From an uncultured Clostridia bacterium (GTDB lineage: Bacteria; Bacillota; Clostridia; Christensenellales; Borkfalkiaceae): DNA of 64,000 nt. The position numbers and the translations under genes were made by a program. Below the pieces are notes generated by a model. It made no database searches and was not told where the DNA came from. It was given only the letters and a program-made list of their open reading frames with translations. The stretch is taken from positions 11,114-75,113 of the forward strand of contig CANRAR010000003.1 of the NCBI GenBank assembly GCA_947628675.1, written 5' to 3'. Positions 16,301-26,474 of the stretch are shown in pieces (within the stretch, counting starts at the first letter, position 1; each line of letters starts with the position of its first letter).

Positions 16301-18619
16301 ATGAAAAAACAATTCACAGCGCTCATGGCGGGCGCGGTGGCGGCGGCGCTGCTCTTCTCCGCGGCGGGCTGTGGCGGCGGGGAGAAGCCCGACCGCGAGG
16401 CTCCCGCGTTCGACGATGCGCAGGCCACGTTGAAACTCACGGGCGTCGATACGGGCGCGAACGGGGACGTCTCCGACGAACTCTACGGCGTCTTTCTGGA
16501 GGACATCAACTACGCCTCGCAGGCGCTCGACGACAACATGGTGAAGAACGGCTCGTTCGAGAAAGTTGCGGGCGCGAAATATTCCGACGGCAAGCACGGC
16601 TGGACGGCGAGCGGCGCGACCCTCACCGTTCTGACGGACGCAAACGGCGTCATGGGCGAGAGTTATAAGGACTATAATAGCAGTTATCACCTCTCCTATG
16701 CCTCCGTCGAGGCGACGGCGAACGGCACCCTCGTAAACAGCGGCTATACGCCCGCGCCCATGGCGGTCACGGAGGGGACGGACTACGTGTTCTCCGCCTT
16801 CATGAAGTCCTCGGCGGCGGTGAACGTCACCGTGACCGTCACCGACGGCACTGCGGATTACGCCTCGGTCACCATTCCCGTCTCGGGCGGGTGGAAGAAG
16901 TACAAGCGCACCGTAACAGCGACGGGCACCATGGCGGAGGGGCTCAAATTGCAACTCAAATTTTCGGCGGCGGCCACCGTCTGCCTCGACGCCGTCTCCT
17001 TCGAGACGACGGATAGTACGGTGGGCATCAAAAATTACCTCTACAACGCCGTCAAGGAACTCGGTCCCAAGTTCATCCGCTTCCCCGGCGGGTGCATCAT
17101 CGAGGGCGAAAATTACAATCAGGCGTACGATTGGAAGAACAGTATCGGCGCGGTATCAAACGGCGCGAACGCGGGGGACGATACGGTGCCCGCCCTCAAC
17201 TACACCCTCAACACCGAGAGCGGCGACGAAGCGGTGACGACGTACGGCGAATATGTCACGCGCGAGGCCAACGTAAATCTATGGGAGAACAACGGCGGCG
17301 AATATTTCCTCATGGACTACGGCATCGGGTTCTACGATTACTTTTTGCTCTGCGATAGCCTCGGCGCCTCCGCGCTGCCCGTCGTGAACTGCGGGCTCTC
17401 CTGTCAGGGGCAGGCCTATCCCGGCGCGGCGCTTCAAGGCAGACACAACAAGAAGATCGCCGACTACATCCGCGACGCCGCCGACCTCATTGAGTTCGCC
17501 AAGGGCGACAAAACAACGACATGGGGTGCGGTTCGCGCCGCCATGGGGCACGAAGAGCCCTTCAAGATGAACTACATCGGCGTCGGCAACGAGCAGTGGA
17601 ACGCGGGCGGAAATTCCGACTACTTCACGGGCTACTACGAGAAGTTCCTCGAGGACGAGTACTTCATGGAGAAGTGCGAGCAGTACGGCGTTCAGCTCAT
17701 CGTCGGCAACCACCAAGAACTGCGCAACTGCGAGGGATACGACAGTTCCATCGCGGATAACCCTTGGAATCAAGGCACGGATGCGACGGGCGGGGACGCG
17801 CGCAAAGCCGCGCTCGCCTATATGAACAAGGGCAAGATCTCCTCCCTCGGCGAATACGGCGTACAGGATCACCACTATTACAACAGCCCCGTCGATTTCT
17901 TCCTGCACACGCACCTCTACGACAACTACACCCGCGAGGGCGCCAACCGCTACGAGGTGTTCGTCGGCGAGTATTCGGCGAACAACAACCTCAAATATTC
18001 GGGCGACTTCTCCTCCATCTATAAGATCAACAATTGGTTCTCGGCGCTCGCGGAGGCCGCCGCGATGACGGGCTTCGAGCGCAACGGCGACATCGTAAAA
18101 CTCGCCGCCTACGCGCCCATATTCGCCCCCGTGAACGAGAGCCAGCGCCATTGGGCGGTGGATATGATGCTGTTCACAAACACCGAACTCGTCCGCACCG
18201 CCAACTACTACGTGCAGCAACTCTTTATGCAGAACGCGGGCACGAAGAAACTCACCTCCGAACTGAATTTTGCGAGCGGCACGGAGACCACCTTCGAGCC
18301 CGAGACCGCGGGTAAGACGCGCAAACTCGACAGGCTCTACTACGTTGCGAGCGTCGATGAGACGACGGGCGACTACATCGTGAAGATCGTCAACGCCGAC
18401 GAGTTCTCGGCGATAAGGCTCAACATCGACCTCGGTGACGCAAACATCACGGGCATCGCAGCGGTCACAGAACTTTCCGCCGCCTATCAGGACGTGAACT
18501 CCTTGGAGGATACCCCCGTCGCGCCCGTTAACTATACGGTGGGCGGCTTTACGAAGTCGGTCGCGGGCATCCGCCTCGCCCCCTCGAGCGTCACCGCCAT
18601 CCGCTTCCACATCGGGTAA
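16301..18619 (+). CDS. Secreted lipoprotein, GH51-like alpha-L-arabinofuranosidase with an N-terminal carbohydrate-binding module
   Basis: Lipobox LFSAAGC. IRFPGGC...YIGVGNEQWN catalytic-region pattern and a C-terminal beta-sandwich region resembling AbfA. Start at ATG 16301 with RBS AGGGGGG. Promoter TTGACA (16242) / TATAAT (16264). Confidence 0.7.
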   Translation: MKKQFTALMAGAVAAALLFSAAGCGGGEKPDREAPAFDDAQATLKLTGVDTGANGDVSDELYGVFLEDINYASQALDDNMVKNGSFEKVAGAKYSDGKHGWTASGATLTVLTDANGVMGESYKDYNSSYHLSYASVEATANGTLVNSGYTPAPMAVTEGTDYVFSAFMKSSAAVNVTVTVTDGTADYASVTIPVSGGWKKYKRTVTATGTMAEGLKLQLKFSAAATVCLDAVSFETTDSTVGIKNYLYNAVKELGPKFIRFPGGCIIEGENYNQAYDWKNSIGAVSNGANAGDDTVPALNYTLNTESGDEAVTTYGEYVTREANVNLWENNGGEYFLMDYGIGFYDYFLLCDSLGASALPVVNCGLSCQGQAYPGAALQGRHNKKIADYIRDAADLIEFAKGDKTTTWGAVRAAMGHEEPFKMNYIGVGNEQWNAGGNSDYFTGYYEKFLEDEYFMEKCEQYGVQLIVGNHQELRNCEGYDSSIADNPWNQGTDATGGDARKAALAYMNKGKISSLGEYGVQDHHYYNSPVDFFLHTHLYDNYTREGANRYEVFVGEYSANNNLKYSGDFSSIYKINNWFSALAEAAAMTGFERNGDIVKLAAYAPIFAPVNESQRHWAVDMMLFTNTELVRTANYYVQQLFMQNAGTKKLTSELNFASGTETTFEPETAGKTRKLDRLYYVASVDETTGDYIVKIVNADEFSAIRLNIDLGDANITGIAAVTELSAAYQDVNSLEDTPVAPVNYTVGGFTKSVAGIRLAPSSVTAIRFHIG

Positions 18620-18645
18620 TCGCATCGGAATGCAAACTATCACGT

Positions 18646-18682
18646 GCGCCGCGCGGCAGAAGCCGCGCGGCGCTATATTTTT
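18646..18682 (+). terminator. Rho-independent terminator
   Basis: GCGCCGCGCGGC-AGAA-GCCGCGCGGCGC followed by TATATTTTT. The same 28-nt hairpin is at 23073-23100. Confidence 0.65.
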
Positions 18683-18848
18683 GCCGCAAAAATGGGCTTA
18701 TGCCTTCGATGTGGATAACTTTGCCGAAAAAAACCGAAGAAACTTGTTAAGATTTGTTAAGAAATGAAAATATACATTTCGGACAGTTGACAGGGGGGGG
18801 AGGTTGTATAATTGCAATTGAAATTCTCTGTATTGTGGAGAGTGAAAA

Positions 18849-21800
18849 ATGCAAACAAAGCGAAAAACAAAGAAGAAGGCGATGCTCGGTCTTGCGCTCT
18901 TTATGGCGTCGGCGATCGCGGCGGGCGTAGCGTTGGGGCTGCCCCAAACAGGGACGGCGGACGCGGCGCGGGATGCGGGCGCATGGGCGACGGTCAATGA
19001 GATCTACAACGATGACACCCAATCGTTTGACGGCGCAAACATGATGGAGCTCATCAAGGCGCTCACGGGGGAGCGGTCGTATGATGCCCTGGAGAAGGCG
19101 GCGGAAGCAACAACTACTTCCGATGGCTTTCGCACGGCGAACGGCGGAAAAAACGTTTCGGTGTATTTCGGCGGCATGAAGTGGGATGCGGTCTATCTCA
19201 CAACGGCAAAAACGACCGCAGAGAACACAAAGGCGGGCGACATCATCCTCGACTTGTGGCGTTCGGCGGACACGCTTACGTCGTCCGATGCCGCACCCTA
19301 TTCTTACTATTGGTCTGCCAACAGCACCGACTATTCGTACCCCTCGAATATGTATTCTACGAGCCTTATCCGTGTTCAGACGCTGAACGTGGGCGGGCAA
19401 TATTCCCAAAGCGGCGGCGAAAGTTTGAAATCGAGCACTCAAGACGAGAAAAACCAATACGCCCGCTTTACGATGGATGGCGTGGAGGGCAGTCTGACGG
19501 AGTACATTGCCAAGCCCTCCGAAGTCGGGTATCAGGAGACGGAATACGACAGAGAAACGATGCTGTCGATCTACGGAGAGCCACGAGAAACAACACGCTA
19601 TCAGGCAGGTAATTACTTCTTATATTTCCCCAACGACGCATACGGTACGCCGAGCGGAAGCAAATTCAGTAGCGGCGAGACAGAAAGTAAGTGGTACGAC
19701 AACATGAATTACAGCAGCAAGGGGGAGGGTGCAACGGCATACAATGCGTGGAAAGACGACTACCTTTGGCTCCCCTCTCTGACGGAAACGGGTATGTCCA
19801 ATGGCAGCGATGGTATGTGGGATACCGATGCGCCTCTCAGAAGCGCGAAGAGCGGCGTTGGGATGGGCTATTGTTGGCTCCGCTCCGGCGATGCCTACCG
19901 TGCGGACCGTGCGTCCTTTCTCGACGCTTCCGGCAATCGCAATCCTATTGTTGTGAGCTCCAACTGCGGGGTGCGCCCTGCGCTCCATCTCAATCTGACT
20001 GCTGCCGCGCACACAGCGATACTCGATAGAGAAAATTGGAAGGATGAAACAAAGACCTACTCCCCCAATGGTGTGACATGGGAGATCGTAAATACCGACA
20101 TGGTAGAGATCACCGCCGTTGCGGAAGGCGGAGATACGAGTTGGTATAAGACGGGAGAGCATACCACCATTACGGCGGACAAAGTAGGCGAATATAAACT
20201 GAACATCAAGCCCTCGGATGGTTTCCAATGGAAGGACGGCACAAGTGATGCAATCACCGTTACATATAAAGTCGTACCCGCCGATATGACGGTGACGTTC
20301 AACAACGGGGCATCGGGGGTGTTCAATAACGGGAGACTTGAAAAGCGGCGGGAGGTCGTTTACAGTTTGGGGATGGAGCCGATCGCACTCAAACTGCCCG
20401 ACCCGACGGAGAGCAACTTCCCCATCACTTGGAAGGATGTCTCATGGTTCAGTGACGCCAAAGATAAAATCGAGATTCAGTATATCGTAACCAAGCGCGA
20501 AGATTACGATAAAACAGAGATAGAAGAGTATCTCGATGACCACCTGAAACTCGGGGAATACGCCGAAGATTGGAAGGATTACGATAACCTCACCGACAAA
20601 ACCGCCCAAGAGCTGATGTACTACGTCGTATATTTCAAGGCGGTGGATACCGAGGGAAACCACAACCCGTGCTATGATTATTTTGTCGTCCACATTGCGA
20701 CAGAAGATCTGAAAATTACTTTGTCCGCGGCGGCAAGAGCGGGCTTTGAAAAGGGCGTGGAGTATGGCGACGTCGCCCATACGAAAAATGCCTTTGAAGA
20801 AGATATCCTCGGCGGCATCGAAAAAGTCACGGCGACTGCCGCAGATCCGGAGGGCGCCGATATCGACAAAACGAAAGAATTCAAAGACAATCTCGATAGT
20901 TTTACGTTCTATCTCCGCAAGGACAACTCCATGCAAGGCGGTACCGTTCAGGACGACGGCGATATTTACACCGTGGAAGATGGCGGCATCTACCTTCAGA
21001 AAGACGGCTCGGAATCGGAAAAGGTAGACAACCTGCCGCGCGGCAACTATCATCTCTACGTTGACGCCGTGGACGCAAATGCTTCAAAATATTTGACGCT
21101 TGCGTGGTCGGGCGACAGGCCGGGTTTCACCGTTTCGGCAAGAAAAATAAATGTCACGCTGACTTTTGAGAAGGGGGCGACCTACGGGGATGCCCACACG
21201 GGCTGGGTGACGGCAACCGCCTCCCGAGTAACAGCGGGCGCGGAAGGTTCTTGGTACGCCCCCAATGAGGCGGAGGGGGAGGATGATTTCCACATCCTCG
21301 GTCTTTCTTATACTCTGCAAGGGATGAGCGGAGTGCCGAGCATAAGCACGCCTGCGGGCACCTATACCGTCACCCCGACGCGGACGAATACGAATTATGA
21401 GGTGCACTTTGCAGACGAGCAAGGCGGTACCGCGTTTGAGTACAACATCGGGAAAGCGACGCTCACCGTGACGGCAAACGATAATGCCATTACTTACGGC
21501 GATGCGCCCGCGGGGAACGGCGTGACATACAGCGGGTTTGTGAACGGCGAGGGCGAGGACGTCCTCAAAAAAGAGGGTCTCGGCTACACCTTCTCGTATC
21601 CGTACAGCGCGACCGGACTTGGCGACGTCGGCAATTATACGATCACGCCGAGCGGACTTCTTGCTGACAATTACGACTTCCGATATGTGAACGGGATGCT
21701 CACCGTAGTAGCGCGGAAACTTACGTTTTCCCTCAATTCCGCAGAGGGCGCAGACGGGCTCGTCAATGCGATATTTGAGGACGAAAAGGGCAATTCCGTC

Positions 21801-22112
21801 GCCCTTGCCGCAACCGATTACACCATTACCTATTTCTTGAACGGAGAGGTGGTGGAGAACATGACCGCCGCGGGCGAGTATACCGTCACCGTCACACTCC
21901 TTGGCGACGCGGCGAGGAATAACACACTCATTGCGACAGTGTATATGCTCGCGGAGGGCATCTCGGGCGGCGAAACGACGGATAAAGACGATCTCGACAT
22001 CGGCGTCGCGGTCGTGTTGATCGGAGCGCAAGCGGTCTTACTCGGGACTGTGTTCGGTTTAGCGGTCAAGAAAAAGAGAGAAGAAAATACAAACGTAGAG
22101 GAGGATAATTGA
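18849..22112 (+). CDS. Large cell-surface protein with MBG-type repeats and a C-terminal membrane anchor
   Basis: 1087 aa. Signal peptide. ITYGD...YSGFVNGE...GNYTITPSGLLADNYDFRYVNGMLTV blocks (MBG-domain-like). C-terminal TM helix followed by KKKREE. Confidence 0.75.
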   Translation: MQTKRKTKKKAMLGLALFMASAIAAGVALGLPQTGTADAARDAGAWATVNEIYNDDTQSFDGANMMELIKALTGERSYDALEKAAEATTTSDGFRTANGGKNVSVYFGGMKWDAVYLTTAKTTAENTKAGDIILDLWRSADTLTSSDAAPYSYYWSANSTDYSYPSNMYSTSLIRVQTLNVGGQYSQSGGESLKSSTQDEKNQYARFTMDGVEGSLTEYIAKPSEVGYQETEYDRETMLSIYGEPRETTRYQAGNYFLYFPNDAYGTPSGSKFSSGETESKWYDNMNYSSKGEGATAYNAWKDDYLWLPSLTETGMSNGSDGMWDTDAPLRSAKSGVGMGYCWLRSGDAYRADRASFLDASGNRNPIVVSSNCGVRPALHLNLTAAAHTAILDRENWKDETKTYSPNGVTWEIVNTDMVEITAVAEGGDTSWYKTGEHTTITADKVGEYKLNIKPSDGFQWKDGTSDAITVTYKVVPADMTVTFNNGASGVFNNGRLEKRREVVYSLGMEPIALKLPDPTESNFPITWKDVSWFSDAKDKIEIQYIVTKREDYDKTEIEEYLDDHLKLGEYAEDWKDYDNLTDKTAQELMYYVVYFKAVDTEGNHNPCYDYFVVHIATEDLKITLSAAARAGFEKGVEYGDVAHTKNAFEEDILGGIEKVTATAADPEGADIDKTKEFKDNLDSFTFYLRKDNSMQGGTVQDDGDIYTVEDGGIYLQKDGSESEKVDNLPRGNYHLYVDAVDANASKYLTLAWSGDRPGFTVSARKINVTLTFEKGATYGDAHTGWVTATASRVTAGAEGSWYAPNEAEGEDDFHILGLSYTLQGMSGVPSISTPAGTYTVTPTRTNTNYEVHFADEQGGTAFEYNIGKATLTVTANDNAITYGDAPAGNGVTYSGFVNGEGEDVLKKEGLGYTFSYPYSATGLGDVGNYTITPSGLLADNYDFRYVNGMLTVVARKLTFSLNSAEGADGLVNAIFEDEKGNSVALAATDYTITYFLNGEVVENMTAAGEYTVTVTLLGDAARNNTLIATVYMLAEGISGGETTDKDDLDIGVAVVLIGAQAVLLGTVFGLAVKKKREENTNVEEDN

Positions 22113-22113
22113 C

Positions 22114-23052
22114 ATGAAAACATTGAACGCTTCATTTTTCGGAATTGAATCGTCTATGAGCAACAATACACTCATGACCATCCTTTGGATCGTCGAGGCT
22201 GTGATCTGTGTGCTTTTGGTGGCGGTCATGATTTATGTCCTGCACCGCAAGAAGCCCGGTGAAATGCAGAAGGAAGTTCCCATGCCCGCGCCCGCCGAAC
22301 CTGTTCAAGAGCCGCAGGAAGAGCCCGTACCCGCCGCGCTTGTTCCCGTGCCTGCACCGCCCGTCATCGCGGAGGAGTCCTTTGAGGGCGTTCTGCGCTA
22401 CAACAAGAGTTTCACGGCGAAGTACATCCAGTCGGGCGACGAGGTGAAAAATTGGTATACGGCGCTCAAAAACGAGATGCTTTCCTACAAAAAGGTCAAA
22501 GCGCGCACAAGTTGGAAGCGCGAGACCTTCCGCTTGGGCAGAGAGGCGGTCGCGCGGCTCGCCTATCGCGGGAATACGCTCTGCGTATACTTTCCTCTTA
22601 ACGCCGCCGACTACACAGGCAGCAAATATAAGGTGGAGGACGTCTCGGAGAGCGCCGCATACGCCGATACGCCGTGTATGTACCGTCTGAAAAACGGGCG
22701 GCGCGCGCGGTATGCCATGGAGTTGTTTGCCGCAGTCATGGAGCGCATGGGCGGCGTCCGCACCGAGCGCATCGCCGAAGATTACTACCTTCCCTACGAG
22801 GGCGTCGTCGAACTCATCGAAAAGGGGCTTATAAAGCGCGTTGTCAAGAGCAAGGCCGAAGAGGCGGCGTTCCTGCGCCCCGCTGAAGCGGCCGCTTCCG
22901 AAGCCGCTCCCGAAGCCGTTCCCGAGGAGCCCGTAGAAAAGCCCCTTGAAGAGCCCGCGGAGCAAGTCGCGGAGGAAGTTGCGGAAGAGGTCGCCGCCAC
23001 CGCGGAACCTGTTGAGGAAGCCACCGCGGAGCCCGCCGAAGAAAACAATTAA
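22114..23052 (+). CDS. Membrane-anchored protein of unknown function with Pro/Glu/Ala-rich segments
   Basis: 312 aa. One N-terminal TM helix. GAGGAGG RBS 9 nt upstream. Starts 1 nt after the previous stop. Confidence 0.6.
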   Translation: MKTLNASFFGIESSMSNNTLMTILWIVEAVICVLLVAVMIYVLHRKKPGEMQKEVPMPAPAEPVQEPQEEPVPAALVPVPAPPVIAEESFEGVLRYNKSFTAKYIQSGDEVKNWYTALKNEMLSYKKVKARTSWKRETFRLGREAVARLAYRGNTLCVYFPLNAADYTGSKYKVEDVSESAAYADTPCMYRLKNGRRARYAMELFAAVMERMGGVRTERIAEDYYLPYEGVVELIEKGLIKRVVKSKAEEAAFLRPAEAAASEAAPEAVPEEPVEKPLEEPAEQVAEEVAEEVAATAEPVEEATAEPAEENN

Positions 23053-23072
23053 ATATCTTTGAACAACGAAAC

Positions 23073-23110
23073 GCGCCGCGCGGCAGAAGCCGCGCGGCGC
23101 TTATCTTTCT
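23073..23110 (+). terminator. Rho-independent terminator (same hairpin sequence as 18646)
   Basis: GCGCCGCGCGGC-AGAA-GCCGCGCGGCGC followed by a T-rich tract. Confidence 0.6.
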
Positions 23111-23166
23111 TTCCGCAGTTCATAGGACAACCCGCCCGCGTCATACAATACAAAAGCGAGGAGAAT

Positions 23167-23868
23167 ATGCTTCAACTTTTGTATGCCGTATTCGGGCGGC
23201 TGTTTTTTTTCACGGGCGCGCTGTCGGATGGCACGTCGTACCCCAAACCGCTCTCCCGCGAGGAGGAGGCGCGCTGCCTCAAACTCGCCCGCGAGGGCGA
23301 CGCCGCGGCGAAGGAAAAGCTCATCCGCCACAATATGCGGCTGGTGGCGCACATCGCCAAGAAGTACGCGGGGGCGGCGGAGACCGACGATATGCTCTCG
23401 GTGGGCTCGATCGGGCTCATCAAGGCCATCAATACCTATGAGGAAGGCCACGGCTCGCGGCTTGCAACGTACACCGCAAGGTGCATCGAGAACGAGATCC
23501 TGATGCTCATCCGCGCGGGCAAGAAGCACCGCGGCAACGTGTCTCTTTCCGACCCCGTCGGCACCGATAAGGACGGCAACGAACTCACGCTTATGGATCT
23601 TCTCTTCGAGAAGGAGGAGAAGGTCTTTGCAGGCGTGGAGCGTTCGCTCATGCAGGAAAAATTTTTGAAGGCGGTCAAGGAGCTTCTCACCGAGCGCGAG
23701 ACGGTCATCATCTGCCTTCGCTACGCCCTGACGGGCGATGCGCCCCTCGCGCAGAGGGAAGTCGCGCGCAAACTCAACATTTCGCGCTCCTACGTCTCCC
23801 GCATCGAAAAGCGCGCCCTCGAAAAACTCCGCGCGGGTCTTCGCCGCGAGGATTTCTTCTCGGAGTAG
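23167..23868 (+). CDS. sigK: Sporulation sigma factor, pro-sigma-K type (uninterrupted)
   Basis: YPKPLS, RLVAHIAKKY, ATYTARCIENEILM, VSLSDPVGTDKDGNE and ISRSYVSRIEKRALEK match B. subtilis SigK better than SigE, from memory. Hydrophobic prosequence. Start at ATG 23167 with a GAGGAG RBS. Confidence 0.85.
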   Translation: MLQLLYAVFGRLFFFTGALSDGTSYPKPLSREEEARCLKLAREGDAAAKEKLIRHNMRLVAHIAKKYAGAAETDDMLSVGSIGLIKAINTYEEGHGSRLATYTARCIENEILMLIRAGKKHRGNVSLSDPVGTDKDGNELTLMDLLFEKEEKVFAGVERSLMQEKFLKAVKELLTERETVIICLRYALTGDAPLAQREVARKLNISRSYVSRIEKRALEKLRAGLRREDFFSE

Positions 23869-23941
23869 GTTTTCCCCATACACTCACGCGCCGCCGCGGC
23901 ATAGCCGCGGCGGCGCGTGAGTGTATCTTTTCTTCTTGTGT

Positions 23942-25585
23942 TTATTTCAACGCGATGCCTTCCTCAAAGTAGGCGAGTTCGCGGCGGTACTTGCGCCAAA
24001 CCTTACGTTGCTCGTTCCGTTTCGCAAGGTAGGCGTTTTTCTGCTCGATATATGTTTGTTTTTGCAAAATAAAGGCGCGCTTCAGTTCTTTTACCGCTTT
24101 CGAATGTCGGGGGTGTCTTGCGCCGTAAACGGCAAGCGAAAGTTTTTCTCCTTTATTTATCTGCGCACCTGCGGCAGAATAAAACGCGACGATATATGTA
24201 GCATAGATAGGCAATGGAACATAGTGAACAAGTATCCAACGCGGGGGCATAAATACAAAAAAGAACATGATGCCGCAGCCAAGGAGTACGATACCAAAAA
24301 CCGATACCGTCCAAAACATCGGCGCATTGCTCCAAGTGCGTTTGCTTTGCCAATTGAATTTTGGTGCCTTCTTTTTTTGGTACTCAGATCCCAAAATGCC
24401 GCCGAGAACAACTGTAAGTATACCGTAACAAAGGAAGAAGATCCATAACGCGGGAGGGAAAGTTTCATCACCTTCTAGACCTTCTATATATAGGGGGATC
24501 AAAAAGCCGATAAGAAAAATCAACGGAAAAATAACTCCCGCAAATATCATAAGCAGATTTCTCGCTTTTACGTGTTTGGCAATTTTATCCTTCATCTTTT
24601 CCGAACACTTTGCTTCCGGATATTGCTTGATTTTCGGCTTTCTCGGCTTTGTCGGCTTGACCAACTCTTTCCATTCGGGCTTTGTGGGCGGCGTTAAATC
24701 GGCGCGGCGTTCGGCCTTGCGCTGTTTCGCTTCCTCCACGGCGGCGGGGAAGAGTTTGGGCGAAAATTTTTGCAGGAGAACTGCACCTGCGGAGCACAAT
24801 CCGAAGAGAAGCGCAAACACGAGGACGCAGACGGGCCCCGCGTCGGGAGAAGTGATCTCATCGTTCACCGTGCCGCAGAGAATGCACCCGAGGAGAAAAT
24901 CGATAAAGTAGAAGAGCAGAATGCCCCAATCGAGGAGGGTGCAGATGCGGAGATTTCCGATTTTCTTGGCGCGCAGGGGAATATAGAGGCGGAAGGCGAG
25001 CGCACAGGCGGCAAGGACTATGCCGAACGAGGCGAATACGACGAGCGCGATGCAGAGATTTGCGATGTCGTTTCCGCCCGAAGAACCCATCATTTCCCCG
25101 AAGAGATCCGCCTCCCCGCCGACGCTCAAAGCGGTGTTCTGATAGATGCTGCCCGTGCTCATGCCCATGACCGAGGAGACCGAGCCGAGGAGCATCAAAA
25201 AGAGCAACACAGAGAAGAGGGCGAAGAGGGCAGCCGTCGCATAGGGGAGCAAGGATAAAAATTTTACAGCCGCGGGCGAAACAGTCGTTCTTTCCGCCAC
25301 AGAACCCACGCCATAACGGTTGTTATTCCCGCCATAATGGCCGTTTCCGCCATGCTGCCCGTTCCCCTCGTCATCCCGAGTGTTTCCCCTGTCATCCCGA
25401 GCGTAGCCGAGGGATCCCGTCTGCTTTCCCGCGCCCTTCAAAGCGCAGCCGCATTCGGGGCAGAACTTATCCGTGGGGGAGAGTTTCGCGCCGCAGTTAG
25501 GGCACGCCTCCAAGGGCGCGGGGGCGCCGCAGTTGGGACAGAACTTGCTCTCAAATTCCGTCCCGCAATTTTCACATTTGTGCAT
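23942..25585 (-). CDS. Zinc-ribbon, multi-pass membrane protein (paralog 2, double zinc ribbon)
   Basis: MHKCENCGTEFESKFCPNCGAPAPLEACPNCGAKLSPTDKFCPECG, a Gly/Asn-rich linker and many TM helices. Start at ATG 25585 with a GGAGG RBS. Confidence 0.75.
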   Translation of the reverse strand: MHKCENCGTEFESKFCPNCGAPAPLEACPNCGAKLSPTDKFCPECGCALKGAGKQTGSLGYARDDRGNTRDDEGNGQHGGNGHYGGNNNRYGVGSVAERTTVSPAAVKFLSLLPYATAALFALFSVLLFLMLLGSVSSVMGMSTGSIYQNTALSVGGEADLFGEMMGSSGGNDIANLCIALVVFASFGIVLAACALAFRLYIPLRAKKIGNLRICTLLDWGILLFYFIDFLLGCILCGTVNDEITSPDAGPVCVLVFALLFGLCSAGAVLLQKFSPKLFPAAVEEAKQRKAERRADLTPPTKPEWKELVKPTKPRKPKIKQYPEAKCSEKMKDKIAKHVKARNLLMIFAGVIFPLIFLIGFLIPLYIEGLEGDETFPPALWIFFLCYGILTVVLGGILGSEYQKKKAPKFNWQSKRTWSNAPMFWTVSVFGIVLLGCGIMFFFVFMPPRWILVHYVPLPIYATYIVAFYSAAGAQINKGEKLSLAVYGARHPRHSKAVKELKRAFILQKQTYIEQKNAYLAKRNEQRKVWRKYRRELAYFEEGIALK

Positions 25586-25702
25586 ATGTGCCTCCAAACA
25601 AAAATGTCATATAAAGTATATTACATTTGTTAGTCACTTGTCAATACATTTGGTGAATAAATATTTGCCATTTGTATAGTATGCTTGGTGTGGAGGTGAC
25701 CC

Positions 25703-26020
25703 ATGCAAGCATATGAGATCGTGGAAAAAATCGAAAAATTACGCGAGGAGCGGGGGTGGACATACTACCGTCTCGCGGAGGAAGCGTGTCTGTCTCAAAC
25801 GACGCTGCTCAATATGCGTACGCGGGGAACGCTCCCGTCGGTTACGACGCTTGCGGGCATTTGCGATGCGTTCGGCATCACGCTCTCCGAATTCTTTTCG
25901 GAGGGGGACGGAGCGGAATCGCTCAACGCCGACGAGCGCGCGCTCATTGCCGCCTACCGCAAATTGAGTTTCGGCAACAAGAAGGCTGTAAAATCACTCG
26001 TCGAAAACTTACAACCGTAA
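25703..26020 (+). CDS. XRE-family HTH regulator (105 aa)
   Basis: IEKLREERGWTYYRLAEEACLSQTTLLNMRTRGTLPSVTTLAGICDAFGITLSEFF is an HTH_3-type sequence. Confidence 0.85.
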   Translation: MQAYEIVEKIEKLREERGWTYYRLAEEACLSQTTLLNMRTRGTLPSVTTLAGICDAFGITLSEFFSEGDGAESLNADERALIAAYRKLSFGNKKAVKSLVENLQP

Positions 26021-26157
26021 ATCGCCCCTCGTCTGGAACATTTCTTGTTTACTCCTCATACTGCCCCCCCATACGCGGCGGGCGCGTGGCGCGCGTATCT
26101 TTCCCCGCACTTTTCCCATTCTCCCCGCATAAAATATAAAAATGTGCGCATAAACGC

Positions 26158-26186
26158 TTGACTTCGCAAAAAATATGCGATACAAT
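26158..26186 (+). promoter_or_regulatory. Promoter of the asnB leader (TTGACT-17-TACAAT)
   Basis: Hexamers at 26158-26163 and 26181-26186. Confidence 0.55.
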
Positions 26187-26192
26187 GAATGC

Positions 26193-26456
26193 ACAAAAGC
26201 GACGACGAAGAGGAGTAACCCGAAAAACGCCTTGTTCAGTGAGCGGGCAGAGTGCGAACCCCGCAGGACGCTTCGGGCGAAAAACACTTCCGAGCTGCCA
26301 CCCGAAAGAGATCGAGTAGGGAGAGCCGCCGCCCTGCGTTACGGGGCAGCCCCTTTGCGGGGGAAAAAGGGATTGCCTTTGGGCAATAAGTTAGGTGGCA
26401 CCGCGGATACAGCGCTATCCGTCCTGATGAAAAAAGGACGGGCGGCGCTTTTTTCG
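26193..26456 (+). promoter_or_regulatory. T-box riboswitch leader, probable Asn (AAC) specifier
   Basis: T-box sequence AGTTAGGTGGCACCGCGG at ~26389-26406. Terminator arms GCGCTATCCGTCC / GGACGGGCGGCGC followed by TTTTTT (26412-26455). Candidate specifier loop GAAA-AAC-A at ~26279-26286. Confidence 0.8.
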
Positions 26457-26474
26457 TCCCGTCGGGAGGGTCAT

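Noticed and set aside
14975-16954. 659-aa ORF antisense to aspS that reaches into the GH51 gene.
   Set aside because: It overlaps two well-supported plus-strand genes and crosses their intergenic promoter and terminator. It has no motifs.
23167-23868. A skin-like intervening element or split sigK.
   Set aside because: The sigK reading frame is continuous from the prosequence to region 4.2, and no recombinase gene is nearby.
26421-26436. Hammerhead-like CTGATGA...GAAA string.
   Set aside because: It sits in the loop of the T-box terminator hairpin, and the three-helix hammerhead context is absent.
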